The notes under the pieces were generated by a model. That model had not been told where the DNA came from and ran no database searches. It saw only the letters and a list, made by a program, of their open reading frames with translations. Below, in pieces: positions 39,026 to 49,341 of a stretch of 64,000 nucleotides of DNA (position 1 is its first letter; each line of letters begins with the position of its first letter). Origin of the DNA: a virus. Its lineage: Duplodnaviria > Caudoviricetes. The translations under genes were made by a program, and so were the position numbers. The DNA lies in IMG/VR virus record IMGVR_UViG_3300010262_000138, positions 48,217-112,216 of that record; one strand, given 5' to 3'.

Positions 39026-39369
39026 TGTGCCGCAGCCGAATGATAGGCAGTCAGTTAGTTTGTAAAAGCAGAGTTAAAAAGAGGGCGTGATATTCACGCC
39101 CTGACGGTTAACGACCCCTCATAAGCACTCAGTTTAACAAGGCGCTATAGGTAGCGATCGTTATATTAACGCAGATATCCATGAGATCCATGCCAACACC
39201 TCCTGTATGTAAACTAAAATGAGAGGTTCTTCCCTTAATAACCTTAACACCTCAATTTAGTAACAAAAGGACCGCTACTTTATTATAGCAAATTATTCAA
39301 TTTATACAATAACAAAACTCTTACAAATTCAACTGATGTATGCTGGTTCGAGTCCAGCCGGCACAACCA
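39026..39369 (+). tRNA. Split tRNA gene with ~270-bp insert in the anticodon loop (anticodon ambiguous; TTC if 39057-39327 is removed)
   Basis: 5' half TGTGCCG-CA-GCC..GGC-A-GTCAG-TT (39026-39056); 3' half AA-CTGAT-GTAT-GCTGG-TTCGAGT-CCAGC-CGGCACA-ACCA; all stems pair. Confidence 0.8.
39129..39191 (-). CDS. 20-aa hydrophobic peptide MDLMDICVNITIATYSALLN (27 aa to 39108 if TGA is read through), type I toxin-like
   Basis: AGGAGGT RBS; promoter TTGTAT-16-TATAAT (39309-39282); terminator 39076-39102. Confidence 0.6.
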   Translation of the reverse strand: MDLMDICVNITIATYSALLN

Positions 39370-39449
39370 ACGGAGAATAGGTTGTCAGTTAGTCATCTCC
39401 GGACAAAAACGATTAAGACTGTCTGGCAGGCCGGAAAGACGGCCGATAT

Positions 39450-39524
39450 ACGCCCTTAGCTCAACGGAAGAGCACACTCCTTATAAGGGTGAGGTTGTGG
39501 GGTCAGAACCCACAAGGCGTACCA
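39450..39524 (+). tRNA. tRNA-Ile (anticodon UAU), atypical T-loop
   Basis: Cloverleaf with CT-TAT-AA loop and encoded CCA; T-loop GTCAGAA; one C.A acceptor mismatch. Confidence 0.8.
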
Positions 39525-39578
39525 GATCATTTTCGTAAATCTACGAAAACTGATAATTAAAAAGAAAGAAGGTAAGTT

Positions 39579-39845
39579 ATGACAGAACCCCAGAAGTATC
39601 AATGTCCCTATTGTAAAACCTGGTATGAAACACCCAGAGAGATGGCCCTTTGTACGATTCGCTGCGATGAAGCGAGAGAGGAGATGGAAAAGAGAAAACG
39701 AGAATTAGAATTCAAAGAGAAAAAGGCTCAGAGATCTAGTGAACTTAAGCAAAAATATGTAGAATTACAGAATTTGTGTAAGTCATATGCACATGATTAC
39801 GGGACAGATCTTCCTATCACGTTCCCGTTGAAAATTTTTTTCTAA
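39579..39845 (+). CDS. Zn-finger/coiled-coil hypothetical protein
   Basis: YQCPYC motif, RBS. Confidence 0.7.
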   Translation: MTEPQKYQCPYCKTWYETPREMALCTIRCDEAREEMEKRKRELEFKEKKAQRSSELKQKYVELQNLCKSYAHDYGTDLPITFPLKIFF

Positions 39846-39863
39846 TTAAGATGAGGTAACTAA

Positions 39864-40171
39864 ATGAATATTATTTTTGTTAATCATTACACAGAAAAAG
39901 ACTATTGTTTCGAGGTCCCTGAACTGCTTTTGCCGTACTTAAAAAAGGCATGACAGTCCTTGTTGAAACCAAAAGAGGAGTCACTACAGGTATTACGACA
40001 ACGGATATTATCAGCGGAGATGGCGCCAGAGACATTGCCGTAAAAGCAGGAGCATATTTCCCTCTTGCTAAAGTAATTTCATTTCTTGATGGCATTCTTA
40101 TGCAGGTTGCAAAAAATCAGATTGTCAATGTAATAAATAAGGAATTTGAAATCCCCTATATTCCATTTTAA
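39864..40171 (+). pseudogene. Hypothetical gene with -1 frameshift at A-run 39941-39946
   Basis: MNIIFV...PYLKK joins GMTVLVET in the -1 frame. Confidence 0.6.
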
Positions 40172-40182
40172 AAAGGAGATTT

Positions 40183-41004
40183 ATGGACAAAATCAAAGTA
40201 TTTGAAACAGAACTAAAGTGGATTCAGAACCCTGAAATCCGCAATTTTGCTGAGAAAGCTGTTTCACTTTTGCCAGACTATTTCTTTGAGGTTGCCGCGT
40301 CGAGCACAGGAAAATATCATCCTACATACGCTATTGGCCCAGGCGGATTGGTGCGGCATACAAAAGCTGCAGCTTCAATTGCTCACGAACTGCTTTCACT
40401 TGAAATGTATGATAAATATACTTCAGATGAAAGAGATCTGATGCTAATCGCCCTGATTTTGCACGATGGGTGGAAGCATGGTAAATCTGAAAAGGCAGGC
40501 GCCTATACGGTGGCAGAACATCCTACCGTATGTTCAGAATGGATTCAGGAAACAGAAGATCTGTCTTCTTTATTGCCCGAGGAGCAGATTGAATTTCTCT
40601 GCGGGTGTATTGCGTCTCATATGGGGCAGTGGAATACCGATTACCGTACAAAGAAGGAAATCCTCCCTAAACCTAAGACCGCCGCGCAGAAGTTTGTGCA
40701 TCAGGCCGATTATCTTGCAAGCCGTAAATATCTTATCTACGACTTTGGAGACAGTTATTATCGCCCCGGAAATAGTCCGGATGAATCTAAAAAGGAAGAC
40801 CAGCTTAATACAGTTAAATCAAAAATCGTCGCTCTTTGCAAAGAAAAGATCTCATCCGGGGTCAATAGTTCTGAGCTCTATGCGCTTATTGCAGAAAAAA
40901 CCGGAGGTTCTAAAAACCCTAATTCCATTACCGATGTAGGCATTGCAAACGAAGTGCTGTCTGCAATTTCAAATCTAAATAAGGGGGATTCAAGTGGAAA
41001 ATAA
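40183..41004 (+). CDS. HD-domain phosphohydrolase with extra C-terminal domain
   Basis: ASSTGKYHP, GGLVRHTK, LHD, H.P, HMG and H.ADYLASR motifs. Confidence 0.88.
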   Translation: MDKIKVFETELKWIQNPEIRNFAEKAVSLLPDYFFEVAASSTGKYHPTYAIGPGGLVRHTKAAASIAHELLSLEMYDKYTSDERDLMLIALILHDGWKHGKSEKAGAYTVAEHPTVCSEWIQETEDLSSLLPEEQIEFLCGCIASHMGQWNTDYRTKKEILPKPKTAAQKFVHQADYLASRKYLIYDFGDSYYRPGNSPDESKKEDQLNTVKSKIVALCKEKISSGVNSSELYALIAEKTGGSKNPNSITDVGIANEVLSAISNLNKGDSSGK

Positions 41005-41698
41005 CATCAGCGTGTTCGAACGACTGAACGCAGTAGACGTTCAGGACCAACTTGACGAGAAGAAATCTGGCAACACAGACCTGCTATATCTTAAGTGGGC
41101 TTATGCGTGGTCGGAGACAAAGAAGGTATTCCCGGAGGCTACATACAGAATACTTCGCTTTGGGGAAAACAACCTGCCTTATGTTTACGATCCCAACACC
41201 GGATACATGGTATTTACCGAGGTAACGATTGAGGGTTTGACTCACTCCATGTGGCTGTGTGTATTGGACGGGGCGAATAAAGCCATGAAGGCGGAGCCCT
41301 ACGAATATACGGTAGGCAGTGGTGACAAAAAGAGAACTAAGATAGCAGAGGCCGCGACAATGTATGACATCAATCGTACTTTGATGCGGTGCCTCGTGAA
41401 GAATCTGGCGATGCATGGTCTTGGACTTTCAATTTATTACGGCGAGGTTATTTCTCCGGAGGCTAAACAAAAGGCCGAAGAGGAAGAGGCTGCTCGCAAG
41501 AAGCAGCAGGAGATTTTGACTGCGGAACGCAATAAAATTATTAGTCTTGCTACCGAAAAAACAGAATCCGGGATTGATAAGGATACGATTTATTCCGTCA
41601 TCCAGAAGTATACCGGAGGAAAGAAAAATCCGAATGCAATTCAGACTATTGAAGATGCCAAGGCGTGTTTCAAAGAAATCGAGGCTATGAAGCCTTAA
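40994..41698 (+). CDS. Sak3/DUF1071-type single-strand annealing protein
   Basis: YL.WAYAW, MWL.V.D..NK and IN.T.MRCLVKNLAMHGLGL.IY.GE motifs. Confidence 0.88.
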   Translation: MENNISVFERLNAVDVQDQLDEKKSGNTDLLYLKWAYAWSETKKVFPEATYRILRFGENNLPYVYDPNTGYMVFTEVTIEGLTHSMWLCVLDGANKAMKAEPYEYTVGSGDKKRTKIAEAATMYDINRTLMRCLVKNLAMHGLGLSIYYGEVISPEAKQKAEEEEAARKKQQEILTAERNKIISLATEKTESGIDKDTIYSVIQKYTGGKKNPNAIQTIEDAKACFKEIEAMKP

Positions 41699-41744
41699 AG
41701 TACACATATTTCAACTCAATTAATAGAAAGAAATGAGGTAACAA

Positions 41745-42170
41745 ATGCTGAATCAAGTTTCCATCGCAGGGCGTATTGTAAGAAATATTGAGGTAAGAAA
41801 GACACAAGCCGGGATATCGTCTGCTTCATTCGCAATTGCAACTGACAGAGACTATAAGGATAAAGACGGCAATAAAGTAACAGACTTTATCAATATCGTT
41901 GCATGGAGATCAACTGCGGACTATGTATCAAAATACGCGGGAAAGGGATCTCTGATTATTGTGGACGGCAAGCTTCAGGTCAGAAGCTGGAAGGATGACA
42001 AGGGAGCAAATCATAACGCTACAGAAGTAATTGCGGATAATATTTACATTTGCGATTCAAAGCGCAGCAATGACGGGGCGGCTAACAAAACAACGTCCGC
42101 AAAGAGAAGTAAGCCGGCGGATGTAGAACCTAACTCTGCTATCGACAGCGATGAGGATCTTCCGTTTTGA
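41745..42170 (+). CDS. ssb: Single-stranded DNA-binding protein
   Basis: OB-fold motifs, acidic DLPF tail. Confidence 0.95.
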   Translation: MLNQVSIAGRIVRNIEVRKTQAGISSASFAIATDRDYKDKDGNKVTDFINIVAWRSTADYVSKYAGKGSLIIVDGKLQVRSWKDDKGANHNATEVIADNIYICDSKRSNDGAANKTTSAKRSKPADVEPNSAIDSDEDLPF

Positions 42171-42934
42171 GCGGAGGAAAATATGATCTGATTCTTGACG
42201 GTATCCGGTGGAGCTATTCTAGTGTGAATAGCTACCACCAGTGCCCCAAGGCGTTTAAGCTCGGATATATCGATGCAGCGCCGCGCGTAGACAATGCTTT
42301 CAGCCAATGGGGATCTCTGATCCACTCGCTGCTCGAACGCTATTTCAAGGGTAAAATCGAATTTTTCGAACTTAGCCAGCTTTACCGCCAGGAATATGAT
42401 GACAAAGTAAAATGCAGCTTTCCGTTCGCGAAAATGGACGCTTCCTACCGCTCCCGAGGAGAAGAGTTCTGCGATAATTTTGAGGGTGACTTTGAGGGTT
42501 ATGAAGTAGTTGCGGTAGAAAAAAAAGTAAAACTAGATATTGATGGGCGCCCTTTTGTTGGGGTAATCGATCTTGTCATAAAAAGTGAAGACGGATATAT
42601 CATTGTAGACCATAAATCAAAAGCTTCCTTTAAGAGTAAGTCAGAAAAGGAAGATTATCTGAAACAGTTATACCTCTATTCCATCTACATACAGCAGGAA
42701 TACGGCGAGCCTCCAAAGAGACTTTGTTTCAATATGTTCCGCGCTGGTTCAAAAGAATGGGAGGACTTCGATCCTGAAAAGCAATTAAGGGCGAGAGAGT
42801 GGTTTGTAAATACCATTGACCAAATCTATAGCGACAATTCCTTTGAAGCACATGTTGATTCCTTTTTCTGTAATAACCTTTGCGGGGTACGCCATCAGTG
42901 TAATTGTTCTGAGTCGTATGCGAGAGAGGAGTGA
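42167..42934 (+). CDS. PD-(D/E)XK RecB/Cas4-like nuclease
   Basis: SYS...CP, G.ID, DHK and QL.LY motifs; C-terminal C..C..C. Confidence 0.88.
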   Translation: MSGGKYDLILDGIRWSYSSVNSYHQCPKAFKLGYIDAAPRVDNAFSQWGSLIHSLLERYFKGKIEFFELSQLYRQEYDDKVKCSFPFAKMDASYRSRGEEFCDNFEGDFEGYEVVAVEKKVKLDIDGRPFVGVIDLVIKSEDGYIIVDHKSKASFKSKSEKEDYLKQLYLYSIYIQQEYGEPPKRLCFNMFRAGSKEWEDFDPEKQLRAREWFVNTIDQIYSDNSFEAHVDSFFCNNLCGVRHQCNCSESYAREE

Positions 42935-44889
42935 GATTTATCCTCGTAGACGCTAAAAGAATTGAAGAAGCAAAAGAGAAATTAGGCGATGAAAACTTTA
43001 CCTATATGATGCAGTTCCTCGGGATAGAAGATTACGACGCAACAAGAATGAAATGCTGTTGCCCGTTTCATAAAGAAGATACGGCATCTTTTATCTACAA
43101 TCCAAAAACGTATAAGGCTCATTGCTTTGGATGCAGCGTCAACGTTGATATCTTGGACGCATATATGAAAGGTAAGAATGGCACGTTCGGTGAGGCGGTC
43201 CAAAAGCTGTTTGAATTGGCGGATATCCCTTACAGTTTTGGAGAATACGGTGTAAAAACGAAACGGCAATATCGATATCCCAAAGTCGTGGAATGCTCTG
43301 ACAAAACACAGATTTACGATTACCTATTGAAACGTAAAATCAGCCCGTCTACCGCAGATTATCTTGATATTCGGCAGGACGAATACGGGAATTTAGCATT
43401 TCATTATTACGATCTCAACGATGTCTTGACGATGGTAAAGTACCGCCCGTCCCGAAAAATAGAAAAGGGAGAGAACAAAAACTGGTGTCAACAGGGTTCT
43501 GATACCACGCCGCTGCTTTTTAATATGAACAGAATTAACCCTTCTCAACCTTTGATTATTACCTGCGGGGAGCTGGATTGCGCATCTGTAATCGAGTCAG
43601 GTCTGACAAATTGCGTAAGCATTCCGCTCGGAGACGGGAATACGAAGTGGATAGAGGAATGCTGGGACTTTCTTGAACAGTTCAAAGAGATTATTGTCTG
43701 CCATGACAATGACAGTTCTGGGGTTAAATTTGTAAAAGAAGTAATCCCAAGACTCGGTTCTTGGCGTTGTAAGGTGGCGAATTGCCCTGACTTTGTTCTT
43801 ACAAAATCAGGCGAGAAGAGAGCGATTAAGGACATAAATGAGGTTTTATACTTTTATGGAAAAGAAAAAGTAGTCGATATCATTTTAAATTCCACCGACA
43901 GCCCGGTGCCATCTGTGCAGGATTTTTCAAATATCCCTGATAAGGAATTTTCCGATATGGAAGGGATTCGGACGGGGATAGAATCTTTGGATAAAGAAAT
44001 CATGTGCCTGCCATTCGGGAGCTTGACGATTGTTTCCGGAGCTCCGGGAGCCGGTAAAACCTCTCTCCTTTATGGATTGGTATGCCAAGCGCTGGAACAG
44101 GGTTCTAATGCATGGGTATTCTCTCGTGAGCTTCCCGACTACACTACAAAGGGCTGGATTAACTACATGCTGGCTGGGCCGCGCAATGTAAGCGAATACC
44201 ACAATTCTCAGGGCGCCAAATATTATAAGGTAAATCCCGAAGCAAAGAAAGCGATTTCTGCTTATTACAAAGGCCGTCTCTATGTGTACCGGGATGATTT
44301 CGGATGTAAAGCTCAAGAGATTTTTTCTTCCATGACTGATTCGGTGCGCAAATACGGCACGAGGTTTTTGTTGATCGACTCGCTGATGATGGTAGATCTG
44401 GAATCAAACGAGAATAACAAGTTTGAAAAGCAGACCGAGTTTATCAACCAGTTAATCCAGTTCGCGCTGAGATATAATGTGGCAATCGTATTGGTTTGCC
44501 ATCCCAGAAAGCTGCAGTTTGGGCAAAGTGAAGTTGGAATGTACGATATTGCCGGCAGCTCTAACCTCAGCAACCTGAGCCATCGGGCAATCGGCTTGCG
44601 AAGGGTTGGCAAAAAGGAGCGAATGGGGGAGAGAAACGCCAGGGATACGGGCTGGATTATTCCGCCCTGCCAATACCATTGTATGCTGAATATTATCAAA
44701 GATCGTTTCCGGGGAAGAGCTGGTGCGGAATTCGGCTTATATTACGATGAGGCCAGCCGAAGGTTCTTTTCCAATCCTTCAGAGTATGACTTCAAATATT
44801 CTTGGGATCAAAACATTTATCAGGACGAGCTTACATACCCGATTGTAGATATGGAAGAAGAGGTTTTAGGGACAATCAGGGAGGGATGA
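42931..44889 (+). CDS. Primase-helicase fusion (CHC2 Zn finger, TOPRIM, DnaB-like)
   Basis: CCPFH..HCFGC, GELD, DND, GAPGAGKT and IDSLM motifs. Confidence 0.92.
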   Translation: MRFILVDAKRIEEAKEKLGDENFTYMMQFLGIEDYDATRMKCCCPFHKEDTASFIYNPKTYKAHCFGCSVNVDILDAYMKGKNGTFGEAVQKLFELADIPYSFGEYGVKTKRQYRYPKVVECSDKTQIYDYLLKRKISPSTADYLDIRQDEYGNLAFHYYDLNDVLTMVKYRPSRKIEKGENKNWCQQGSDTTPLLFNMNRINPSQPLIITCGELDCASVIESGLTNCVSIPLGDGNTKWIEECWDFLEQFKEIIVCHDNDSSGVKFVKEVIPRLGSWRCKVANCPDFVLTKSGEKRAIKDINEVLYFYGKEKVVDIILNSTDSPVPSVQDFSNIPDKEFSDMEGIRTGIESLDKEIMCLPFGSLTIVSGAPGAGKTSLLYGLVCQALEQGSNAWVFSRELPDYTTKGWINYMLAGPRNVSEYHNSQGAKYYKVNPEAKKAISAYYKGRLYVYRDDFGCKAQEIFSSMTDSVRKYGTRFLLIDSLMMVDLESNENNKFEKQTEFINQLIQFALRYNVAIVLVCHPRKLQFGQSEVGMYDIAGSSNLSNLSHRAIGLRRVGKKERMGERNARDTGWIIPPCQYHCMLNIIKDRFRGRAGAEFGLYYDEASRRFFSNPSEYDFKYSWDQNIYQDELTYPIVDMEEEVLGTIREG

Positions 44890-47067
44890 ACATTCCAAAT
44901 TATGTCGCATATCACGTCCATACAGATCATTCTCTGCTCGACAGCGCGACCAAATATCAGCAGTACATTGAAGAAGCCGTAAAGAACGAGCAGAGCGCAA
45001 TTGCTTTTACGGAACATGGCAATCTCTACAATTGGATTGCAAAAAAGAAGGCTTGCGAAGCATCCGGGTTAAAATATATCCATGGAGTCGAGTGTTACCT
45101 GACTGAAAAACTCTTCCCAAAGGAGAGGGATAACTACCATACAATTCTTCTGGCAAAGGACGCCAACGGGGTTGAAGAAATTAACTCACTCGTCAGCCGC
45201 TCCGAGACGGAAGATCACAAATACTATAAGCCGCGCATTTCGTTTGATGAGTTTCTTGGGATTAGCGACCATGTTATTAAAATCAGCGCCTGCCTTGCGT
45301 CTCCGTTGAATCGGCTTGACATCAGCAATCCGTATTATGAAAAACTGGCGCAGCACTACGATTATTTTGAAATACAGCCACATAATCACCCCGATCAAAT
45401 CAGGTTCAACATTCACCTCGCAGAGCTGTCCCGTAAACATCACAAACCTTTGATTGCGGGAACCGATACGCACAGCTTGAATCAGTATAAAGCAGAATGC
45501 CGAAGTATCCTTCAGTCCGCAAAGCATATTGAGTTCAGCGACGAAGACGCATTTGACTTAACCTATAAATCCTACGATGAGTTATGTGAGATGTTCCGTA
45601 TTCAAAATGCGATTCCGGAAAATATCTGGAAAGAAGCGATTGAGAATACAAACCGTATGGCCGACAGCGTAGAGAAGTTTGAGCTTGATGAAACCTTTAA
45701 ATATCCGCATCTATATGGAGAACGGGACTCTGAAATTTACGACAGTAACCTGTGGAACAGTTTTCAGAAAAAGATTGACGAAAATATCATTCCGCAGGGA
45801 GAAGCAGAGCGGTACAGAGAGCAGCTTGAAGAAGAAACCAGAGTATTCGACAAGCTCGGAATGAAGGGCTTCATGCTGTCCATGTCCGAGTTTGTGAGGT
45901 GGTGTAAGGGAAATAATATCCCGGTTGGTCCGGGAAGAGGCTCTGTTGCTGGAAGCCGGGTTGCATACGTCACCGATATTACCGACGTTGATCCCGCCCG
46001 ATGGGGAACGGTATTTTCCCGGTTCTGCAACGAAGACAGGCGAGAAATTGGCGATATTGATATTGACCTTGCGCCGGATGATCGGGAGCTTCTTTATAAC
46101 TATATCATCGGCCGATTTGGAGAACAGTACACAGCCTACATTTTGGCGCTAGGCACAATCAGCTCTAAGGGGACTATAGATGAAATTGGACGGGCTTTAG
46201 ACCTGAGATGGAAAAAACAGCATAAGGACGATGAAAGGTCGCCCTACACTCTTGATGCTGTAGCGGGAATAAAGAAAGTATTTGAGGCGGGTCCTGATAA
46301 AGCCAGAACTTTATTCCCAGATTTATTTTACTACTATGACGGTCTGATTGACACAATCATTTCACAATCGATGCATCCGGCGGGCATTGTGGTAAGTCCC
46401 GTAACCCTTCCTGACCATTATGGAACGTTTGTCAGAGAAGGAAAGACGATACTGCAAATTGATATGGACTGCGTACATGAGGTCAGCCTTGTCAAGTATG
46501 ACATTCTGGGGTTGAAAAACATCCAGATACTCAAAGATGCCTATGAGCTGGCTGGAATTCCATATCCAAGGATGCACGAGATTGACTGGAATGACGAGGC
46601 GGTTTGGGAAGATATCAAAAGGTCGCCGGTAGGCATATTCCAATTTGAGTCAGATTATTCGCATTCCATGCTCAGACAGTATAATCCCAAATCCATTTAT
46701 GATATGTCGTTGGTGACGGCGGCAATCCGCCCCTCCGGGTCTTCATACCGCGATGAGCTGATGAAGCACATACCGCATAAGAACCCGTCCCCAATTATTG
46801 ATAATCTACTCGCCGATAATAACGGATATTTGATTTATCAAGAGGATACAATTAAGTTTCTTCAGCAGATATGCGGATTGTCAGGAAGCGCCGCCGATAA
46901 TGTCAGAAGGGCCATCGGCCGGAAACAAGAAGACAGAATTAACGCCGCGTTGCCGCTAATCTTAGAAGGTTATTGCAGTAAATCCCCTAAGCCGCGAGAA
47001 GAGGCAGAAGCGGAAGCAAAAGAATTTCTTCAGATTATAGAAGATTCAAGCAACTACCAATTTGGGT
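44886..47067 (+). CDS. dnaE: DNA polymerase III alpha, exon 1
   Basis: HVHTDHSLLD PHP domain, GPGRGSVAGS, DIDID, HPAG and KYDILGL motifs. Confidence 0.93.
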
Positions 47068-47339
47068 GAATGGTTTGCCCATCCTTGTGAATACGGTCAA
47101 CTAAACCGAGAGGTTAAGGTGGTAAGAGAGCCTAAGTCCTTATATTGGATATGGTAATACCGTGCCAAGCCCTAAACAGGGAAGGTGTAACGACTATCGA
47201 AAGCACACGAGCCTCAGAAATGATACACGTGGAAGCAAGTAGAGTAGGCCGCAAGGCCGAAGCGCAAGGGGAGAATTGTGCGGTCACAGCGCTGTTCTCC
47301 AAGATATAGTCTGTACCATTCGAAAGAATGGATTTAGCG
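47068..47339 (+). ncRNA. Group I self-splicing intron (272 nt, no homing endonuclease) in dnaE
   Basis: Exon ends in U; P1 UGGGU/GCCCA with U.G wobble; R GUGUAACGACUAU 47185-97; S AAGAUAUAGUCU 47301-12; terminal G; removal gives YQFGYNHSIAY. Confidence 0.92.
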
Positions 47340-48289
47340 ATAATCATTCCATTGCCTACTGCATGATCGGATATCAATGCGCCTTCTTACGCTATTATCA
47401 TCCCTATGAATTCGTCACAGCATATCTCAACAACGCCGCAAACTACGACGATATCAGAAACGGCAGTGATTTGGCGCAGGAATATGGGATTCGAATCAGC
47501 GCTCCCAAGTTTGGTCTTTCAAAAGATACCTACATATTTGACCGGGAGCAAAACGTAATTGCAAAAGGCGTCGCGTCTATCAAGTACCTGAACACCACAG
47601 TCGCAAATGAGCTGTATGAGTTAAGCAAAGAAGTTGACTATACCTATTTTACCGACCTGTTGCTTGACCTGATGCAGAAAACCAGCATTGACTCACGGCA
47701 GCTTGATCTTTTGATTAAAATAGACTTCTTTGACCGGTTCGGAAATGTACCAACGCTGAGTAAAATCAGGGGCGTTTTTGATTTCTTAAAACAGGGGAGC
47801 GCTAAAACAATCAAAAAGGAAAAGCTGGAAAATCATCCGCTTAAAGAGTTGATACCGGCGTTTGCAACAGACAGAAACGCAAAGGGCGCGGAGTTAAAGT
47901 CCTATACAATCCAGGATATGACCGGATTGCTCCACGCAGCCGAGGAAGAAATCAAGTCCTGTCAATTTCCCGATCTTGATTTGAAGGTAAGGCTGTCCAA
48001 TCAGCTTGACATCTTGGGTTATGCAGATCTTACAACGAACCAGATAGAAGATCGCCGCAAACTGCTGATTACCGATATTGTACCATTAAAGAATAAACAG
48101 GGAACGAAACCATGGGCGTATGCGGTTTTTACCCGCTCTGTTGGTACTGGCAAAACCGCGAGGTTAACATTACGTTCGAGAATCTATGATCGCCGTCCGA
48201 TTAAAAAGCTGGATGTAATCTACGCACATGCCCTTAAAAAAGAAGAAAGCGGATATTGGTATCTCTACGATTATGATCTGGTGATTTGA
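47340..48289 (+). CDS. dnaE: DNA polymerase III alpha, exon 2
   Basis: NHSIAY...AFLRYYHPYEF and G..SIK motifs. Confidence 0.9.
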
Positions 48290-48317
48290 AAATCTTATTA
48301 CGACGGGAGGAATTTGT

Positions 48318-48704
48318 ATCGTCAGTGAAGGAATTGAACTTTTTCTAAAGTATTTAAGAGAAACCGCAGAGATGAATCGTATCGGAGAAGCAAACGAAAA
48401 CGAAGAAAATAATGTGACACAAGATCTTTTACACTCCATTGAGATTGAGCCTCATACATATAACGAATATGCACGGCTCAGTAAAAAGCTCAAGGTTTCG
48501 CGTCAGAACCGACGTAACGCCATGAATTTGAAAGAACAAACGGCGCCGGTTAAAGAGTGGGCAGAGCAGAACCGCCCAGCCATTCGTTCGTTAGAGCAAC
48601 TTCTGAATACGGTTAGAAAGCTTGAGCGCAAATCAGAAAATCGCGTTTATACCCCTAGGACAAAGATTTTGGAGGAAGATAATGTTAAGTCTGCAGGAAT
48701 TTAA
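48318..48704 (+). CDS. Hypothetical coiled-coil protein (probable ATC start)
   Basis: QDLLH.IE...RR..K...YTPR phage motif. Confidence 0.7.
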   Translation: MVSEGIELFLKYLRETAEMNRIGEANENEENNVTQDLLHSIEIEPHTYNEYARLSKKLKVSRQNRRNAMNLKEQTAPVKEWAEQNRPAIRSLEQLLNTVRKLERKSENRVYTPRTKILEEDNVKSAGI

Positions 48705-49341
48705 GAACGTAATTCAGAAAATAAGGGAAAATAACAGTAGGGTAAGCTCCATTGTAGATGCGACTGACTGGCATGAGCTATATAACTTGATCAACGACGA
48801 TACACTTCTCTATCTTTTAGAAAAAATAATGGACGATCAGGATGGTTGGATTGGATATTGGATTTACGAACAAAATTTCGGGGAAGACTGGGACGATCAT
48901 ACGGCCAGAGAAGCAGACGGCACACCAATTATCCTGAAAACTCCTGAACAGCTTTATCACTACTTGGTGCGTGAGAAAATAAACAAGACAGAACGCAAGA
49001 TCATTTTTTATATCCCCTCAAAAGATATTGAAGGTCTTAACGATTTTGAAGTTACATATTGCCCCGAGAGCGGTAAATATTCATTCTTTCTGGAAACAAT
49101 TTACCAGTTTGACAATCCGGAGAAATACAATTCAAAGGATTATCTGTTGGATATTTGCCGTAAATTCCGAGAGTGGATGATAGAGTCCGGATATAATACG
49201 AAAAAGAATATCTCCTTTAGCACTCTATTTTCTGAAAACGGGGTGTCCAATGAATTCAAAAGTATTGAATCCCTGTTCTCCGCGTTTAAGGTTTTTGTGA
49301 AGGGAATCTGGAAATCTGAAATAGAGGAGAATAACTTTTGA
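48682..49341 (+). CDS. Hypothetical protein
   Basis: GGAGG RBS before MLSLQEF; WI.YWIYE..FG motif. Confidence 0.7.
   Translation: MLSLQEFKNVIQKIRENNSRVSSIVDATDWHELYNLINDDTLLYLLEKIMDDQDGWIGYWIYEQNFGEDWDDHTAREADGTPIILKTPEQLYHYLVREKINKTERKIIFYIPSKDIEGLNDFEVTYCPESGKYSFFLETIYQFDNPEKYNSKDYLLDICRKFREWMIESGYNTKKNISFSTLFSENGVSNEFKSIESLFSAFKVFVKGIWKSEIEENNF

Noticed and set aside
39026-39369. tmRNA or group I intron-containing tRNA
   Set aside because: It has a true D-stem, no G3.U70 pair and no GGGG 5' end. The insert lacks P7 (R/S) motifs and a terminal G, unlike the two real introns in this window.
39371-39445. Ribozyme or third tRNA between the two tRNA genes
   Set aside because: Only two simple hairpins (CGGAGA/TCTCCG; GGCCG-GAAAGA-CGGCC), with no cloverleaf or catalytic core.
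42167-42934. Cas4 of a CRISPR system
   Set aside because: It sits between ssb and the primase-helicase with no array or other cas genes, so it is an ordinary phage RecB-like nuclease.
47276-47339. Independent gene start at 47276 (and at 6660 for the RNAP C-terminal ORF)
   Set aside because: The 47276 start lies inside the intron and the 6660 start is an internal exon codon. Both ORFs are second exons.
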